Positions 29,724 to 40,942 of a stretch of 64,000 bases of DNA are shown here, piece by piece (position 1 is the stretch's first letter; every line of letters begins with the position of its first letter). This stretch comes from a virus. Its lineage: Duplodnaviria > Caudoviricetes. The position numbers were made by a program, and so were the translations under genes. The stretch is from IMG/VR virus record IMGVR_UViG_3300037067_027684, positions 128,001 to 192,000 of that record. One strand, written 5' to 3'. A model generated the notes under the pieces. It searched no databases, had not been told where the DNA came from, and saw only the letters and a list, made by a program, of their open reading frames with translations.

Positions 29724-32135
29724 CTAGAATAGTGGGTTATCCGAATCTTCTTTAAGGCAAAGAGATGTAACTTTTCTGCGATGAAGGTACGGCATGTAGA
29801 ACCATTCAGTGCCAGCCTCAGAACCTCCATTGGCAGGAATTTCCAACATCTTAATCAATTGCGCCTTTGTTAGCTTCTCTAACCGAGTTGGTAGATTCCT
29901 ATCGATTGAGATGTAGAGGTATGAATGGCCATATAGCGTTAATCCAATATATGCATCTGCATTATCGCACTTGCAGAACATCTGCATCTTTAGACCGCAG
30001 AGTTCCAAATGAGTAATCCAACCTGATCGGCGTCCTTCGTTGGTTGCGGCAACATTATAACCATAAGACTTCAATGCTTCTCTTAGGATTCGTTTGCGTT
30101 CTTCTCCTCTTTCGTCATAAGTATAAACGTTGGAGTTAGCCAATCTTGCTTTCATAAAATCGAAAGTTTCTCGATAATACGATTTAATTAGTTTGTCTTT
30201 GAGTTTCCCAAATTTATCCATTTTTAGATCCCTCTGGTGCTTCCTTGACCAATTCCAGAACTACTCCAACTTTCTTCAGGTCTGGCCAAACGGAAAGTGG
30301 AGGTTCTCCAACTTTGGTTACTTCGGAGACTGCTACCAGTTGGCCGTTGGGCCTCTTGTAGATTGCTGAGCCGCATTGACGGTCGGCTTGTTCACTGTAG
30401 TATGCCATCCACCATTGTTGCATTTTAATCTCCTTCAATCGATCTCAAATCTCTTGACGACTTCAACAGTTCTTGGCGTAATCACCTCACCTTTGATGAT
30501 TAGTTTTTCGCCGATCTGTATTCCTTCTTCTGGGAACTGACTGAGATATTTGAATCCAGTTTCCCCGCGCTGCATATCGCTGGCTTCTTCGGCGAGATCA
30601 TCCAGAAGCTCATCACGCGTCAACTGTTCGGTATGTGGGCAGTGCTCGTCATCACTGCCGGTAAAGACAAAGTAGGCACTCATTACTTTAATCTCCTCCA
30701 ATGAAATCCATGAACTTGCCAACATTCAGGGCTTCACAAATCTTATTCGCCTGAAGTTCGCGTCCCTCTTGGTGTTTCTTATCAAGCTGTTCTTGCAGCC
30801 ACTTCTCAAAATGATCAGGGTGCTTCGCAAAGAATTCTAGAGCGACCTTAATAATTAAACTACGAAGTTTGGCAACTGCACGCTTTGGGATGCTATCACG
30901 ATATTTCCGTTCCTCGGCGTGCATTTGGTCGTTGTAAACAACTCCTGGCTTCACTAGGAGTCGAATCTTATCAACCTCGGGCTTCAGTTGTTCCTCCAAC
31001 TTTTCATAACCATGGATTTTGATTCCGAGATCTTCCACAGAAGCGAGGGTAAAATCACCGAAGCTTACGTCTACACCATGGGAGTCAACCACCGTGTGGG
31101 CAGTGGTGCGCCTTTCGTCTCCGCTCTGTTCCTCTACTTCTAGATAGTCGAAAAATGACATGGTATTCTCCTAAAATGGAATTATTGGCTCCAGTTCTCG
31201 TCTTGACTTCACTTTGACTGATTTTCCTCGAACCCATCTAAAGATGGTTCGGATTAACTTTCCACCCAGGAAATCATATTGGCATAAGTCATCCTTGGTT
31301 TTGTAGGAGACCCTGATTTGGCCACCATCAAGAACGTGGGTGCCAAGTGCTCTGCAGAATAGTTCCGGATTCCTCAATTTACTGTCGATTCTGGTGATCC
31401 GGAAGATTTCTCCAGAGCTGTGGAGTTTAACTCTGCCTACTATGTGGAAGGTTCGATCCCAACTTCCACCATAGGCGAAGTTGATGCAGTCTAGTAGGTA
31501 TCCTTGTCTGTCTTTTTTGAATCTGAGGTTGGTTGGTTCAATCATATGCGGTCCCATTCTCCGTAAGAGTATTCGCCTCGGCTGAGGATTAGGTCGATGT
31601 ATTTCTTTGCTGTTGCGATTGAGTTGGAATTACCCGCTCCTACGCAGCAGAAGTTGGGGCCTGGGCTGTCAACGAATCCTTTGGGGTAGTAGAGGTAGAC
31701 TGCGGTCCTGCGGACTGGCTGAGAAGCGGTGAATCGGGCACTGTTTCTTACAATGATGCATCCTCGGTGGATGGTGTAGGTTTCCCGTTTGCCGAAGGGC
31801 TTTCGGAAGAATCCTGGGCAATTTCGCTGCATGTCTACGAGGCTTGCTCTGGTGTCTACTTCTCCAGATATTGATCCATGGGATTTAATGGTGATCAGGT
31901 GTTTCTTATTCTTCCTGAAGTCTCCTGGGAGGATTCGCTGTTTGAACCATGCATTTTCTTCTTCTTTTGAGGAGATGTAGGATTGCCACAATTGTCGTTC
32001 TTTTGCGCATTGATTGCAGCAACAGCCTGTTTTGATGCATGGGCTTCCATCTCTGTCGATTTCGGCTAGGGAGATTTGTATTCCCATTCCTTCGCTGGGG
32101 GTTAGCGTGTGTCCACAGCTTGCGGTGATTGACAT
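29724..32135 (-). other. run of six hypothetical genes
   Basis: ORFs 29724-30221, 30214-~30422, 30435-~30683, 30688-31161, 31171-~31545, 31542-32135 with SD sites. Confidence 0.55.
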
Positions 32136-32165
32136 GTTTTTCTCCTTTTGTGGGCGGCAGGACCA

Positions 32166-32282
32166 GACGGGCGGGTGCGGCGGGATTTTGCCGGTCTTTG
32201 AGCGTCGTTTGCCGTCCTGCGAATCGTGTGCCGGTGGCGGTATCCCCGTACCGACTGGCGCGGGTTTGGTGGTGGTGTTTAC
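32166..32282 (-). promoter_or_regulatory. GC-rich fixed-spacing element, copy B
   Basis: Aligns to 48656-48771 with a single 1-nt indel; about 30 nt upstream of the 32135 start. Confidence 0.7.
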
Positions 32283-32410
32283 TGGTGTTCTAGGTCTAAT
32301 CTTCGTTTAGTCCTCCGCATTTCTTGCCATCACATTTTGCAGTTTTTGTGTTGTTTGCAGCGCTTTTTGGTTGTTGGTTGTTTGCACCAGCTACAGGTTG
32401 GTATCTTCAT
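32279..32410 (-). pseudogene. small zinc-finger gene interrupted by TGA at an expected Cys
   Basis: MKIPTCSWC...NCKM*WQEMRRTKRRLDLEHQ; TGA at 32330-32332; AAGGAG SD. Confidence 0.4.
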
Positions 32411-33232
32411 TGTTTACTCCTTTAATGGTTTAGTGAATGTCGGAAAACTTATAGAGGCTGGGATCTCACCTTGTCTGCAAGCTTCAAGACTGGAGGGGCT
32501 TGAAGCGAGTCATGGGAGTTCTACCAGCCTCTATAACTGAATTTTGTGGTGAGCCTCTTTGGGAGGCTCACGATACTACTCCGGATCGATTTGTATCATT
32601 TGAGAGCCTCGTTTTCGATTTGTTCGACATCTTCAATACGAAGGCGGATGATTGCGGGTGCATCTTCTTCATAGTGACCCTTTGGGCCGAAACGGGGTTT
32701 GCGTCCGAGAATTACCAGTCTGCGGCTGTTATCACCAAGGCCAATCAGGTATTCGAGAAGCCAGCCTATTTCTCCTTTGTCTGCTATTTGGCCTTCTGCT
32801 GTGATAATGTCATTGATCAAGCGTACTTTGGTCACGTTAACACTCCTTTCAGACCATTTCGTTTTCTTTGTATCAAAGACCGTGAGAAGAAATACCTGCC
32901 ACAAAGAGTTCTTCAAGCTTTTGGAAGTTATCTCGTTCAAGCCTGATGACCTTTCGGGCTTCATCCAGGGTGGCGAGGACTGCTTCGTTGGGGTTTGCGT
33001 AGCTATGGAGTGTCCAGCGACAATCGCCGCTGCAATGTCCTCGGTATCCGGCTAGACAGACGAAGCCTTGTGGCTGGCTCGGGTAGACGGTGATTTCTTT
33101 GTTGTCGCCTAGATAAGCGGCGTAGTGCCAACCAAGGTTTTCCCAGACGTGGGGTTTCCAGGGTTTGCCTCCTAGTTGCTTGCAGAGCAAGTCTGCTGCG
33201 ACTTGTGCGTCAAACTTTTCCATTTTAGTCTC

Positions 33233-33589
33233 CTATGGATTTGGGTCTGCGAAATTGAACTGTATTTCTTTGCGGTTTGCCCGTTCGGGATTAGATTTCC
33301 ATCTTTCTTTGAAGTACCATTTGAAGGCGTGTTGTTCATCGTCAAATTCCAACCCTTCACCTTCAGCATCTTCAAAGATCCAACCTTCCAGACGGCTAGA
33401 ATATTTGGTGCAGGGTCCCAAACCTGTGTCGTCCATAAACAAAATTCGATCCCCGATGATGGACTCGACACCTTCAAGGAGGTCGCCCCATTTGATTTGC
33501 TCACCTTCTAGGAGGAAGATGATTTGTTTGTTGATTAGTTTGGCTGTGAAGCCTTTTCGATTGAGTAGGTCGATTTTCTCTTTGGTCAT
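33233..33589 (-). CDS. hypothetical protein
   Basis: AGGAG SD; downstream of the 62-bp element copy 2. Confidence 0.6.
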   Translation of the reverse strand: MTKEKIDLLNRKGFTAKLINKQIIFLLEGEQIKWGDLLEGVESIIGDRILFMDDTGLGPCTKYSSRLEGWIFEDAEGEGLEFDDEQHAFKWYFKERWKSNPERANRKEIQFNFADPNP

Positions 33590-33625
33590 TTGAATCTCCT
33601 AAATCGGATATTCCGGCATTGGCTC

Positions 33626-33687
33626 CTTAATTAGGGGTCGGGCGGTAAAACCGCAACAAAGGGGATGCCCTTCCGACCCCTAGGGGT
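33626..33687 (-). repeat. 62-bp structured intergenic element, copy 2
   Basis: Exact reverse complement of 8221-8282. Confidence 0.9.
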
Positions 33688-33698
33688 TTAATTTCTTA

Positions 33699-33860
33699 TC
33701 AGGCTCCGCAGAGGTCGTCAAGGTATTCGTCTTCGAACTCCCAGATGGAAGTCTGGTCGAGTCCAAACTTTTGGATCAGGAATCCACCAATCTCCAGGAG
33801 TTCAGATGCGGCGAGGTTGGGGTTGTGGAGCAGGAGCATTCCGATTAGGCGATACCACAT
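33699..33860 (-). CDS. 53-aa protein missing from the ORF track
   Basis: AAGGAGG SD; MWYRLIGMLLLHNPNLAASELLEIGGFLIQKFGLDQTSIWEFEDEYLDDLCGA. Confidence 0.6.
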   Translation of the reverse strand: MWYRLIGMLLLHNPNLAASELLEIGGFLIQKFGLDQTSIWEFEDEYLDDLCGA

Positions 33861-33881
33861 GTTTCGTCCTCCTTGAAGTTG

Positions 33882-34093
33882 TCCCTAACGGGATGTTAGG
33901 GAATTAGTCTGGACTTGAGACCAGTCTGGCGGTTGCCAGGGCCTTAAGCAGGGTCGCAACCCTGCTCTCTCGGTTTTGAGTTTTGACCTGTGTGTTCGGC
34001 CTTTAGGACCATCGCCGCATAAAATTTGCCTCCTCTTGAAATCAGACCACCTTCTGAAAAGGTCGGGCCAAAAGATGGCCCTTCTCTATGCGG
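33882..34093 (-). ncRNA. candidate structured leader RNA with minigene MRRWS
   Basis: Several perfect stems; AGGAGG-8 nt-ATG CGG CGA TGG TCC TAA (34020-34003). Confidence 0.45.
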
Positions 34094-35249
34094 TAGGATA
34101 ATGGCACTCGCTCAGAAGTATGGGGATATTACTTTGGTACTATGTTGATTGAATCCAAATACGTTCAATATCTGCCCAATCATAGAAATGGTTCATAGCA
34201 CGATTGAACGCCGCTTCAGTCTTGGCCTTCTTGAATCGTTCGATAATTTCAACGGGGACGCGTTCATTCTTGAGGACTTCGATAGCTTTTGCTGCTACCT
34301 TTGGGATTTCTTCCAATTCATTCTCAGGGTTGTAATCGTCGTTATTGATGATGCCTTTGAATTGGATGGTGCGTCGCCAGTTAGGCATTCTTAATCTCCT
34401 TTTTCTTGATCTTCTTCACTTTGCCATTTTCATCATAGGTTACTTTGGTCTTGCCGTCTGTGGCAGTTAGTCCACCACATTGTTTGGCTACTTTCTCTTT
34501 TCCTCGCTTCCTCGTAGGCTGCTCTATCCGCAAATGTGAAGTCAACGCATTCGTGGAGTTTGCAGTTAGAGCAATGGAGGTTGGCGTACGGTCGCCATTT
34601 GCCGTTTCTACATCTGTGTGCGATGAATCCTGCGTCCATTAGTGACAATCCCAACCAGCTTTGACCCCTTTGATTTTATTCAGCGCCTTTTTAGCTCCTT
34701 CTTTAGCTATGGTGGCTAGTTCATAGGAGGTCAAGCCAGATGTGCTTTCAATATCCAAACTCCATTCCTCGTTATTATCAAATTCAGATTGACGAACGGA
34801 GATAAACAGGTCAAATTTCTTGACTTTCTTCTTTTTCATTTGCGCCCTCCAGCCTGATTGGGCCTTTTAACCCAACGTTTGAATGTGATTTCGACTAAGG
34901 CAATACCACACTCCTTAAAATTGTGCTTCCTATTGATTGTCTTAAGGTTTGGGTAAACTGTGGTGTCAGTACTTTCTAGTTCGTCAAGGAAAGCAATACC
35001 ACACATGTAGCCGGTCTTAGTCTTCTTCATTTGTGTCCCTCAAGCGTTTGAATCGTGGATTGTCGTCCTTGGTGACTTCGACACTCTTAACAACTGTGTC
35101 GTCATCGCATTCATCGTAGTCGTTGAAGTCAATGGCATTGGCTTGGACGAGTCGATCTACCTTATCTGCTGCTTCAAGATCATTTTCTGCTCTGGTCCTG
35201 AAGAAGCGTCGGCGGGTAAAAGTCCGCTCGACAATTACATCAAAGTCTT

Positions 35250-35565
35250 TCATGGTTTGCCTCCTTTGTTGGAAGTTGACATCTGGAATATCAACGCAGT
35301 GACGCTCTCCAAGGAGCGTGTTGGTCGCTCAAAGATTTCGGGTAATCCTTGCTTACGGATGTTCTCCATCTGTTTGTCCGTAAACCCCGACTCTGACTCA
35401 GCAATCTTAACCGCCCATCGAAATAAGTCTAACTGAACGTCATCGGGAGTCTCAGCAGGAATTGTGTCTGATCCGGTTTGAAGTTCGATTTGCTTCCATA
35501 CTGGCCCAAGCTTTACGCCACTTCGGAGGGAAGCTATCCCCTGTTAGTAACCATCCCATTTTCAT
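35250..35565 (-). pseudogene. frameshifted (+1) hypothetical gene
   Basis: ATGA overlaps at both ends, length 3n+1; the distal frame is open for about 98 codons with no upstream start. Confidence 0.6.
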
Positions 35566-38269
35566 TTGTTGTACCACTCCCAAGTATGGACTTGAAGAAA
35601 GTCACCATTATCCAATGGCGCAAACAATCCGATGATTTGGTGCGAACCATCACTAGGGCGGCAGAAACCAGTGTACCCAGTCCCAAGCATTATTTTGTTG
35701 ATGTTTGGAATATGGTTCAAGTCTTGATAAGATGGCATCATTTTCTCATGCCAATCCAGATCGAAGGCATAATCAAAACTTGAGTCGGTGTAAGGCTTAT
35801 GCCGATACCTGCGAACGTCGTCAGTCCAGATGGCGACTGGCACTACAACCCAGAATTCGAGTCCAGTTACTCCGCATTCGTAACGGAGGTTGAGTTGTTC
35901 GGCATCTACGCCTAGATTCCTGAGGCTCTCCCATGGGTGTTCCCAAATGGCGCTGGCTGTGAGTCTTTTCTTGCCAGGGATTGTTTGGGCACCAACTGGC
36001 AGGATGTTCTTGAGTGATGTCAGCCATTCGTTGATGTCATTCTGTCCCCAATTCAGGTCTCCACATTCGGGCTTATAGGGGATTTTTGGTTTTACGAGCT
36101 TTATCATTGATCGTCACCTTTCCCTTAGCCAAGGCTTTGTCCAATTCCCAAATGATTGGGCCGATTTCTGTGAGTTTTTCGTATGGCGACATTTCCTTTG
36201 ATCTGAGGATTTCGGTGCAGTAGTAAATCTTCTTTTCGAAACTGTCTTTATGGACATTCATTTTTGATCCTTTCTAGGATAGGTCCTGAGGTTTCATACC
36301 AGGGGTAGAATCCGGAATCATCGCCTGTGAAGACGGTTCGTCCTGAACTATCCTGGAATCCTTTGGCTCCCCAACGGTCAATGATTGGTGTCCATTCGGG
36401 TTTCTCTTCGTCAATTATATGTTCGAAGAGGGTGTTGTAGCGGGACGCCAGCCCTTCGGCATCATATTTTGGTCCATCTAGACCGTCATAGAAGGCATAA
36501 CCTATCTTCTTGGCTTTACGGAGGGCTTTCATAGCTTTGGTTTTGAAGCAGACATCTGCGAAGTGGTAGATGGCGATTGGGGCTATGATGTCGAATTCTT
36601 GATTATTGGTCATCTTGGTTCTCCTTTGATGATCAATCGTCCATCTTCCTTGCGGATTACGTGGCCTGTGATCAATTCACCAATTTCAGCTAGAATCTTA
36701 AACGATTCCAAGCCATTGCGCCCGAAGTGCCACAATACTCCATCTTCTTCGATTATTCCACAGATGGAGGTTTCGACGACCCTTTTTACTTCTGTGGCTA
36801 CGGCTTCTGGATCGTCTCCTTCGATGCAGTAGTGATGCCTTTTGGTAGTATCTTCTTTTCTGTCACAGATAATTCGGAATCGGTGGATGTTGGTCATTTG
36901 ACTTCCCTTCCGCAGGAGGACTGCAATGGTGTAATGGTCCAAATGATGAGGGGTTCATTCGAAAGTTCTGGGAACTGTTTAGAACATTCTTTGCCTGCCA
37001 TAATTGCGACATAATCCCTCTTGATTTTGAGCCTACAAGTATTATGAAACTCTTTGAGGAATTCTTTGGCTTCTCTAACTGCGAATTCTTTAGCTTTTTT
37101 GCGAGTGAACAATCCGAAGACATTGCTATTGTTCGCTGAAGCTGATTCGACTACAACCACATATTCACTGTTGCTTTTCATCCGAAGCTCCTTCGAAATC
37201 CAGAGTGGTTTCTTCATCGTCCACTTCAACCGAATACCCAATTTGTCGTAATAGGAATCGAACATCCCTTCTAGAGTACAACTCTCTACAAGCTTCGACA
37301 GCATCCTGCATATTCTTTGTTTCTGAATCTTTCTCGATTTCAACATAACCAGTCATGGTGATTTTGAATTTAACCCTAAACATTTCACCAGTTTTCATCT
37401 TCACCATGCTCCTTTTCAGTCCAAGGAATTTTCACCCAAGCAGAAACCCAACACTCCTTAGTGTCAAGATAAGGATCAATCGTCGGGTCATTATCGATCT
37501 GGATTGATTCAGTTTGATAGAGTTTTTGTGCTATCTCGACTGCGATAGCTTGCCGTTCTGTTCCCAGTTCCTTTAACTCCCTTCGGACTCGACGTGCTAA
37601 ACCCTGAAGGTGCGTAAAGATATCACCGTCAGGAATCAGATCAAGAAGTTGTTGTGCTGTTTCACGGTTCATTTGGATGACAATGTTAGAGGGCTGATCC
37701 ATGTTTGGACTCCTTATAGGTTGTGGTTGAATCGCCACAACACAAAATGGTCACGGAGGTATTCTTTGAATTCTTTCAATGCTTGGTCTTTGCATTGGTC
37801 ATGTGGACGGCTGGGATCGAGGTAGGCAAGTGATTTGGCTCTATCCTCGATTACATCCGACATGATCTCAGTCACTTCGTTAGCTTTCGGTCTCATGTAA
37901 TCTCCTTAAGCAGTCGGCCAAACTCTTGGGGGAGGTGACATCGACGGCAACCATTTCTTCACCAAGCCAACCAACCACGAGTTTCGTGGTTAAGAGTCCA
38001 TCAAGTACTCCCTTAGACCAATATTGGTTGACATAATATTCAGTATGACTTTGATCACGACCAATCACCAATACTTGATTCGCAACTGGGTAATTCTCAG
38101 TGGTTGAGTCAAGAAACGATTTCTGATCTGTAATCAGTGGTGTGATAATTAGCGAACCCAAAGCTTTCACATCCTTGATATCGCCATGCTTCTTGATGAA
38201 ATTGATAACCTTCTTTAGGTGGGCTAGATTCTTGTGTTTGGGTGCAAGGATTTGGATTGTTAGGAACAT
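35562..38269 (-). other. run of about eight hypothetical genes
   Basis: Overlapping minus-strand ORFs (e.g. 35562-36107, 36248-36613, 37385-~37702, 37880-38269). Confidence 0.55.
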
Positions 38270-38803
38270 TCACTTCTCCTTTACATGGTCAATGAAGAGC
38301 TTTCCGGACAAGTGATCCACCTCATGTTGGTAGACTCTTGCTTCCCAACCCTCTGCTTCAAAGCTTAGGGGTTCACCTTTAATGTTTAGGCCATTAACGC
38401 GAATTTTCATGTAGCGTTCGACTTCATCGTGCCTTCCAGGGACGGATAGGCATCCTTCGTGTTCGCGCATTTTAAGGGCGACCAATACTTCTATTGCGGG
38501 GTTGATGATCGCTTTGAATTGTGAGGGTCCACTCAACATGGAGGGGTCACCTGTTGGGTCAACGACAATGACTCGGAGTGGAATTCCTGCTTGGGGTGCT
38601 GCTAATCCTACTCCTTTCTTGTGGTACATTGTCATCTTCATTCGCCTGACAAGCTCCTCCAATTTCATGACTTTTTGCTTGCCTTTGTGATTGGTGAAGG
38701 CGACTTGTCCAGTCTGAATTTCCGCTAAGGAAACTTCGCGGCTGGTCTGCCTCAAAATTGGGTTGGGTAGAGTTACGACCTCAAACGGCTCTGTTGGCTG
38801 CAT
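38270..38803 (-). CDS. def: peptide deformylase
   Basis: All three motifs present: GVGLAAPQ, EGCLS, QHEVDHL; AAGGAG SD before ATG 38803. Confidence 0.97.
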   Translation of the reverse strand: MQPTEPFEVVTLPNPILRQTSREVSLAEIQTGQVAFTNHKGKQKVMKLEELVRRMKMTMYHKKGVGLAAPQAGIPLRVIVVDPTGDPSMLSGPSQFKAIINPAIEVLVALKMREHEGCLSVPGRHDEVERYMKIRVNGLNIKGEPLSFEAEGWEARVYQHEVDHLSGKLFIDHVKEK

Positions 38804-38977
38804 GTGTTCTTTCTCCTTTCTCCACCGTCCTTGTGGCGTTTCGTTGCCTCTATAGGGAGGTGTCAATATGTGCTTAGAGCATTTGTACTTCTAATACTTA
38901 GTGGTTTGTATCAAATTTAGACAGTATTTTAAATTGGTTGTTAGTAATTTAAAAATAGTTTAAGGAGGATTAGAGCC

Positions 38978-39853
38978 ATGAGACTAATTCTAGTGCTGGT
39001 TCTCGCCTTGATGTGCGGTTGTGTGAAGCCGACTGCTAACCCTGATGGTGAAATAGCCACCCCAACTAAAAAAGCACTAATAGTTGGGATCAACACTTAT
39101 CCTGGGGCACCCTTATCTGGCTGTGTCAACGACGCTAATGATATGAAGGATTTCTTGATTAAGAATTATGGTTATAGGGACAGTGAGATTAAGATGCTTC
39201 TAAATGATAAGGCTAAGACTGCCGATATTATTGATGGGCTTATATGGCTTACTCAAGACGCGAAAGCCGGTGATAAGCGAGTATTCCACTATAGTGGACA
39301 CGGCGCGGAGTATGCTTATGAGACTACTGGTCAGCCAGGTAATATGAACCAAGTTATTTGCCCCTATGACTTTGATTGGACTCCAGGTCACATGATTATG
39401 GATATTGATTTTGCTAAGATGTTTAAAGAAATGCCAAATGGAGTCATCTTCAATTGGGTTAGTGATTCTTGCTTCTCTGGTGATTTGACTAAGGAGCTTC
39501 CGAAGAATGGGTTGAAGATTGTCTCAAAGTCTTATCCTAACGTTCCCGAGAAGATTGCCAATAGGGTTCGTTTGGCTAAGGCTGCGAAGAAGCCTCGTGG
39601 GATGGTAAATGGTGTGTTGGATGTTGGGTACGTGTCTGGTTGTAGGTTCGATCAGACTTCTGCTGATACTGAGGATGTGTCTGGTAGGCCATGTGGCGCT
39701 TTGACTCATTTCTTCTTGGCTAACTTGGGTCGGAATTTGACTGTTAGTCTGAGAATGGTGGTTACTTTGACTGATGAGTCGTTAGCCGCCAGAGGTTACG
39801 AACAGGTGCCGCAGGCGGAAGGTGCTAGGATTGATAGGGCTTTTCAAGAATAA
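38978..39853 (+). CDS. caspase-family (C14, metacaspase-like) protease with lipoprotein-type signal peptide
   Basis: KALIVGIN.Y...LSGCVNDA, FHYSGHG (His), SDSCFSG (Cys), GALTHF; N-terminus MRLILVLVLALMCG-C. Confidence 0.92.
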   Translation: MRLILVLVLALMCGCVKPTANPDGEIATPTKKALIVGINTYPGAPLSGCVNDANDMKDFLIKNYGYRDSEIKMLLNDKAKTADIIDGLIWLTQDAKAGDKRVFHYSGHGAEYAYETTGQPGNMNQVICPYDFDWTPGHMIMDIDFAKMFKEMPNGVIFNWVSDSCFSGDLTKELPKNGLKIVSKSYPNVPEKIANRVRLAKAAKKPRGMVNGVLDVGYVSGCRFDQTSADTEDVSGRPCGALTHFFLANLGRNLTVSLRMVVTLTDESLAARGYEQVPQAEGARIDRAFQE

Positions 39854-40115
39854 TTTCAATTCCTGGCATTGAGTTACGCAACCAACTTATGGCTTTGGTT
39901 GCGTCTAGAATTCCATCTGTGATTGCTGTGTTTACGATTCCTATTGCTTTCTTACCAAGTACGTCTTTTTCTTCTTGTGAGGTTGTTTGAATCCAATGTT
40001 GTCTTATTTCTGCGAGCATCATTAGAATTCGACTGTAGGCGTTAGGGTCTACGTTGGGTGCTTTTAGGTCGAATTCTACTATTAGTGCAAGGTTCAATTT
40101 TTGGTCGAAGTTCAT
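39825..40115 (-). CDS. small protein with capsid-targeting-like N-terminus
   Basis: MNFDQKLNLALIVE; GGAGG SD; GCAAAAATA upstream. Confidence 0.6.
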   Translation of the reverse strand: MNFDQKLNLALIVEFDLKAPNVDPNAYSRILMMLAEIRQHWIQTTSQEEKDVLGKKAIGIVNTAITDGILDATKAISWLRNSMPGIEIILEKPYQS

Positions 40116-40147
40116 GATTGCCTCCAACCATTATTTTTGCTATTTTG

Positions 40148-40744
40148 TTATTGTATTCTTGCAGGCTCGGTCCAGATTTGTTGTCCTAAATTTAGGGAAC
40201 CTGGTTTAATTATTTCATTAACATAACCATTAATCATTTTATAAATACCAGTCATTTCTGATATATTGACATCTCTTAATATTCTAAGAGCGCAATAATT
40301 TGGGTCATGCATGTATTTGAGGTACAATTTACTCAATATGTTGTCTTCTTCGTGGACTCCATGTTTGGAGATATAATCGAGTATTTTTGGATGAATTGGA
40401 TGAGATGGCCATTCTGTTTTTCGCTTTTTTATATCGACATTTTTGTAAAATCCTTTTTCTGGGTTTGAATCAGCATGTTTTGGTATTTCTTCGTCATCTA
40501 ACCAGAGGAATTCGTACCCTTCTGCCCCCAGAGAATTGGGTGGAATTAATATCTCAAACAAATATGTTGGATTACCATGGTCATATGCGCCATCTGCCGT
40601 CTTTGCTACCCATGGTTTCTTAATTTTTCTACTTTTTACGATTGCGGAATAGGTACCTTCATTAACTCCTACCCAATAGGGTCCAGCTAGATGTTCTTCA
40701 ATTAACAATTTAAGACGAGAATTAAGTTTTGTCTCTAAGCTCAT
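40148..40744 (-). CDS. protein with capsid-targeting-like N-terminus
   Basis: MSLETKLNSRLKLLIEE; GCAAAAATA immediately upstream. Confidence 0.6.
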   Translation of the reverse strand: MSLETKLNSRLKLLIEEHLAGPYWVGVNEGTYSAIVKSRKIKKPWVAKTADGAYDHGNPTYLFEILIPPNSLGAEGYEFLWLDDEEIPKHADSNPEKGFYKNVDIKKRKTEWPSHPIHPKILDYISKHGVHEEDNILSKLYLKYMHDPNYCALRILRDVNISEMTGIYKMINGYVNEIIKPGSLNLGQQIWTEPARIQ

Positions 40745-40942
40745 GTTGTATTTTTGCTATATTGCTACCCATTGTTTGGTTGCGATTTTGGTTAGAATAG
40801 CTTTCTTCTGCATGTTCTGCATCATTTCCTCATGTTTCTTGTGCCCGTAAGATAATCCGGAGTTGAATTTAGTAATCCATTTACTTAATTCTTTTTCACT
40901 CAGATTACTTGGTGGTATTGCGCAGTGGAATAATAAGATCAT

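Noticed and set aside
37540-37580. KELGTERQAI as another tag copy
   Set aside because: Internal position and wrong spacing.
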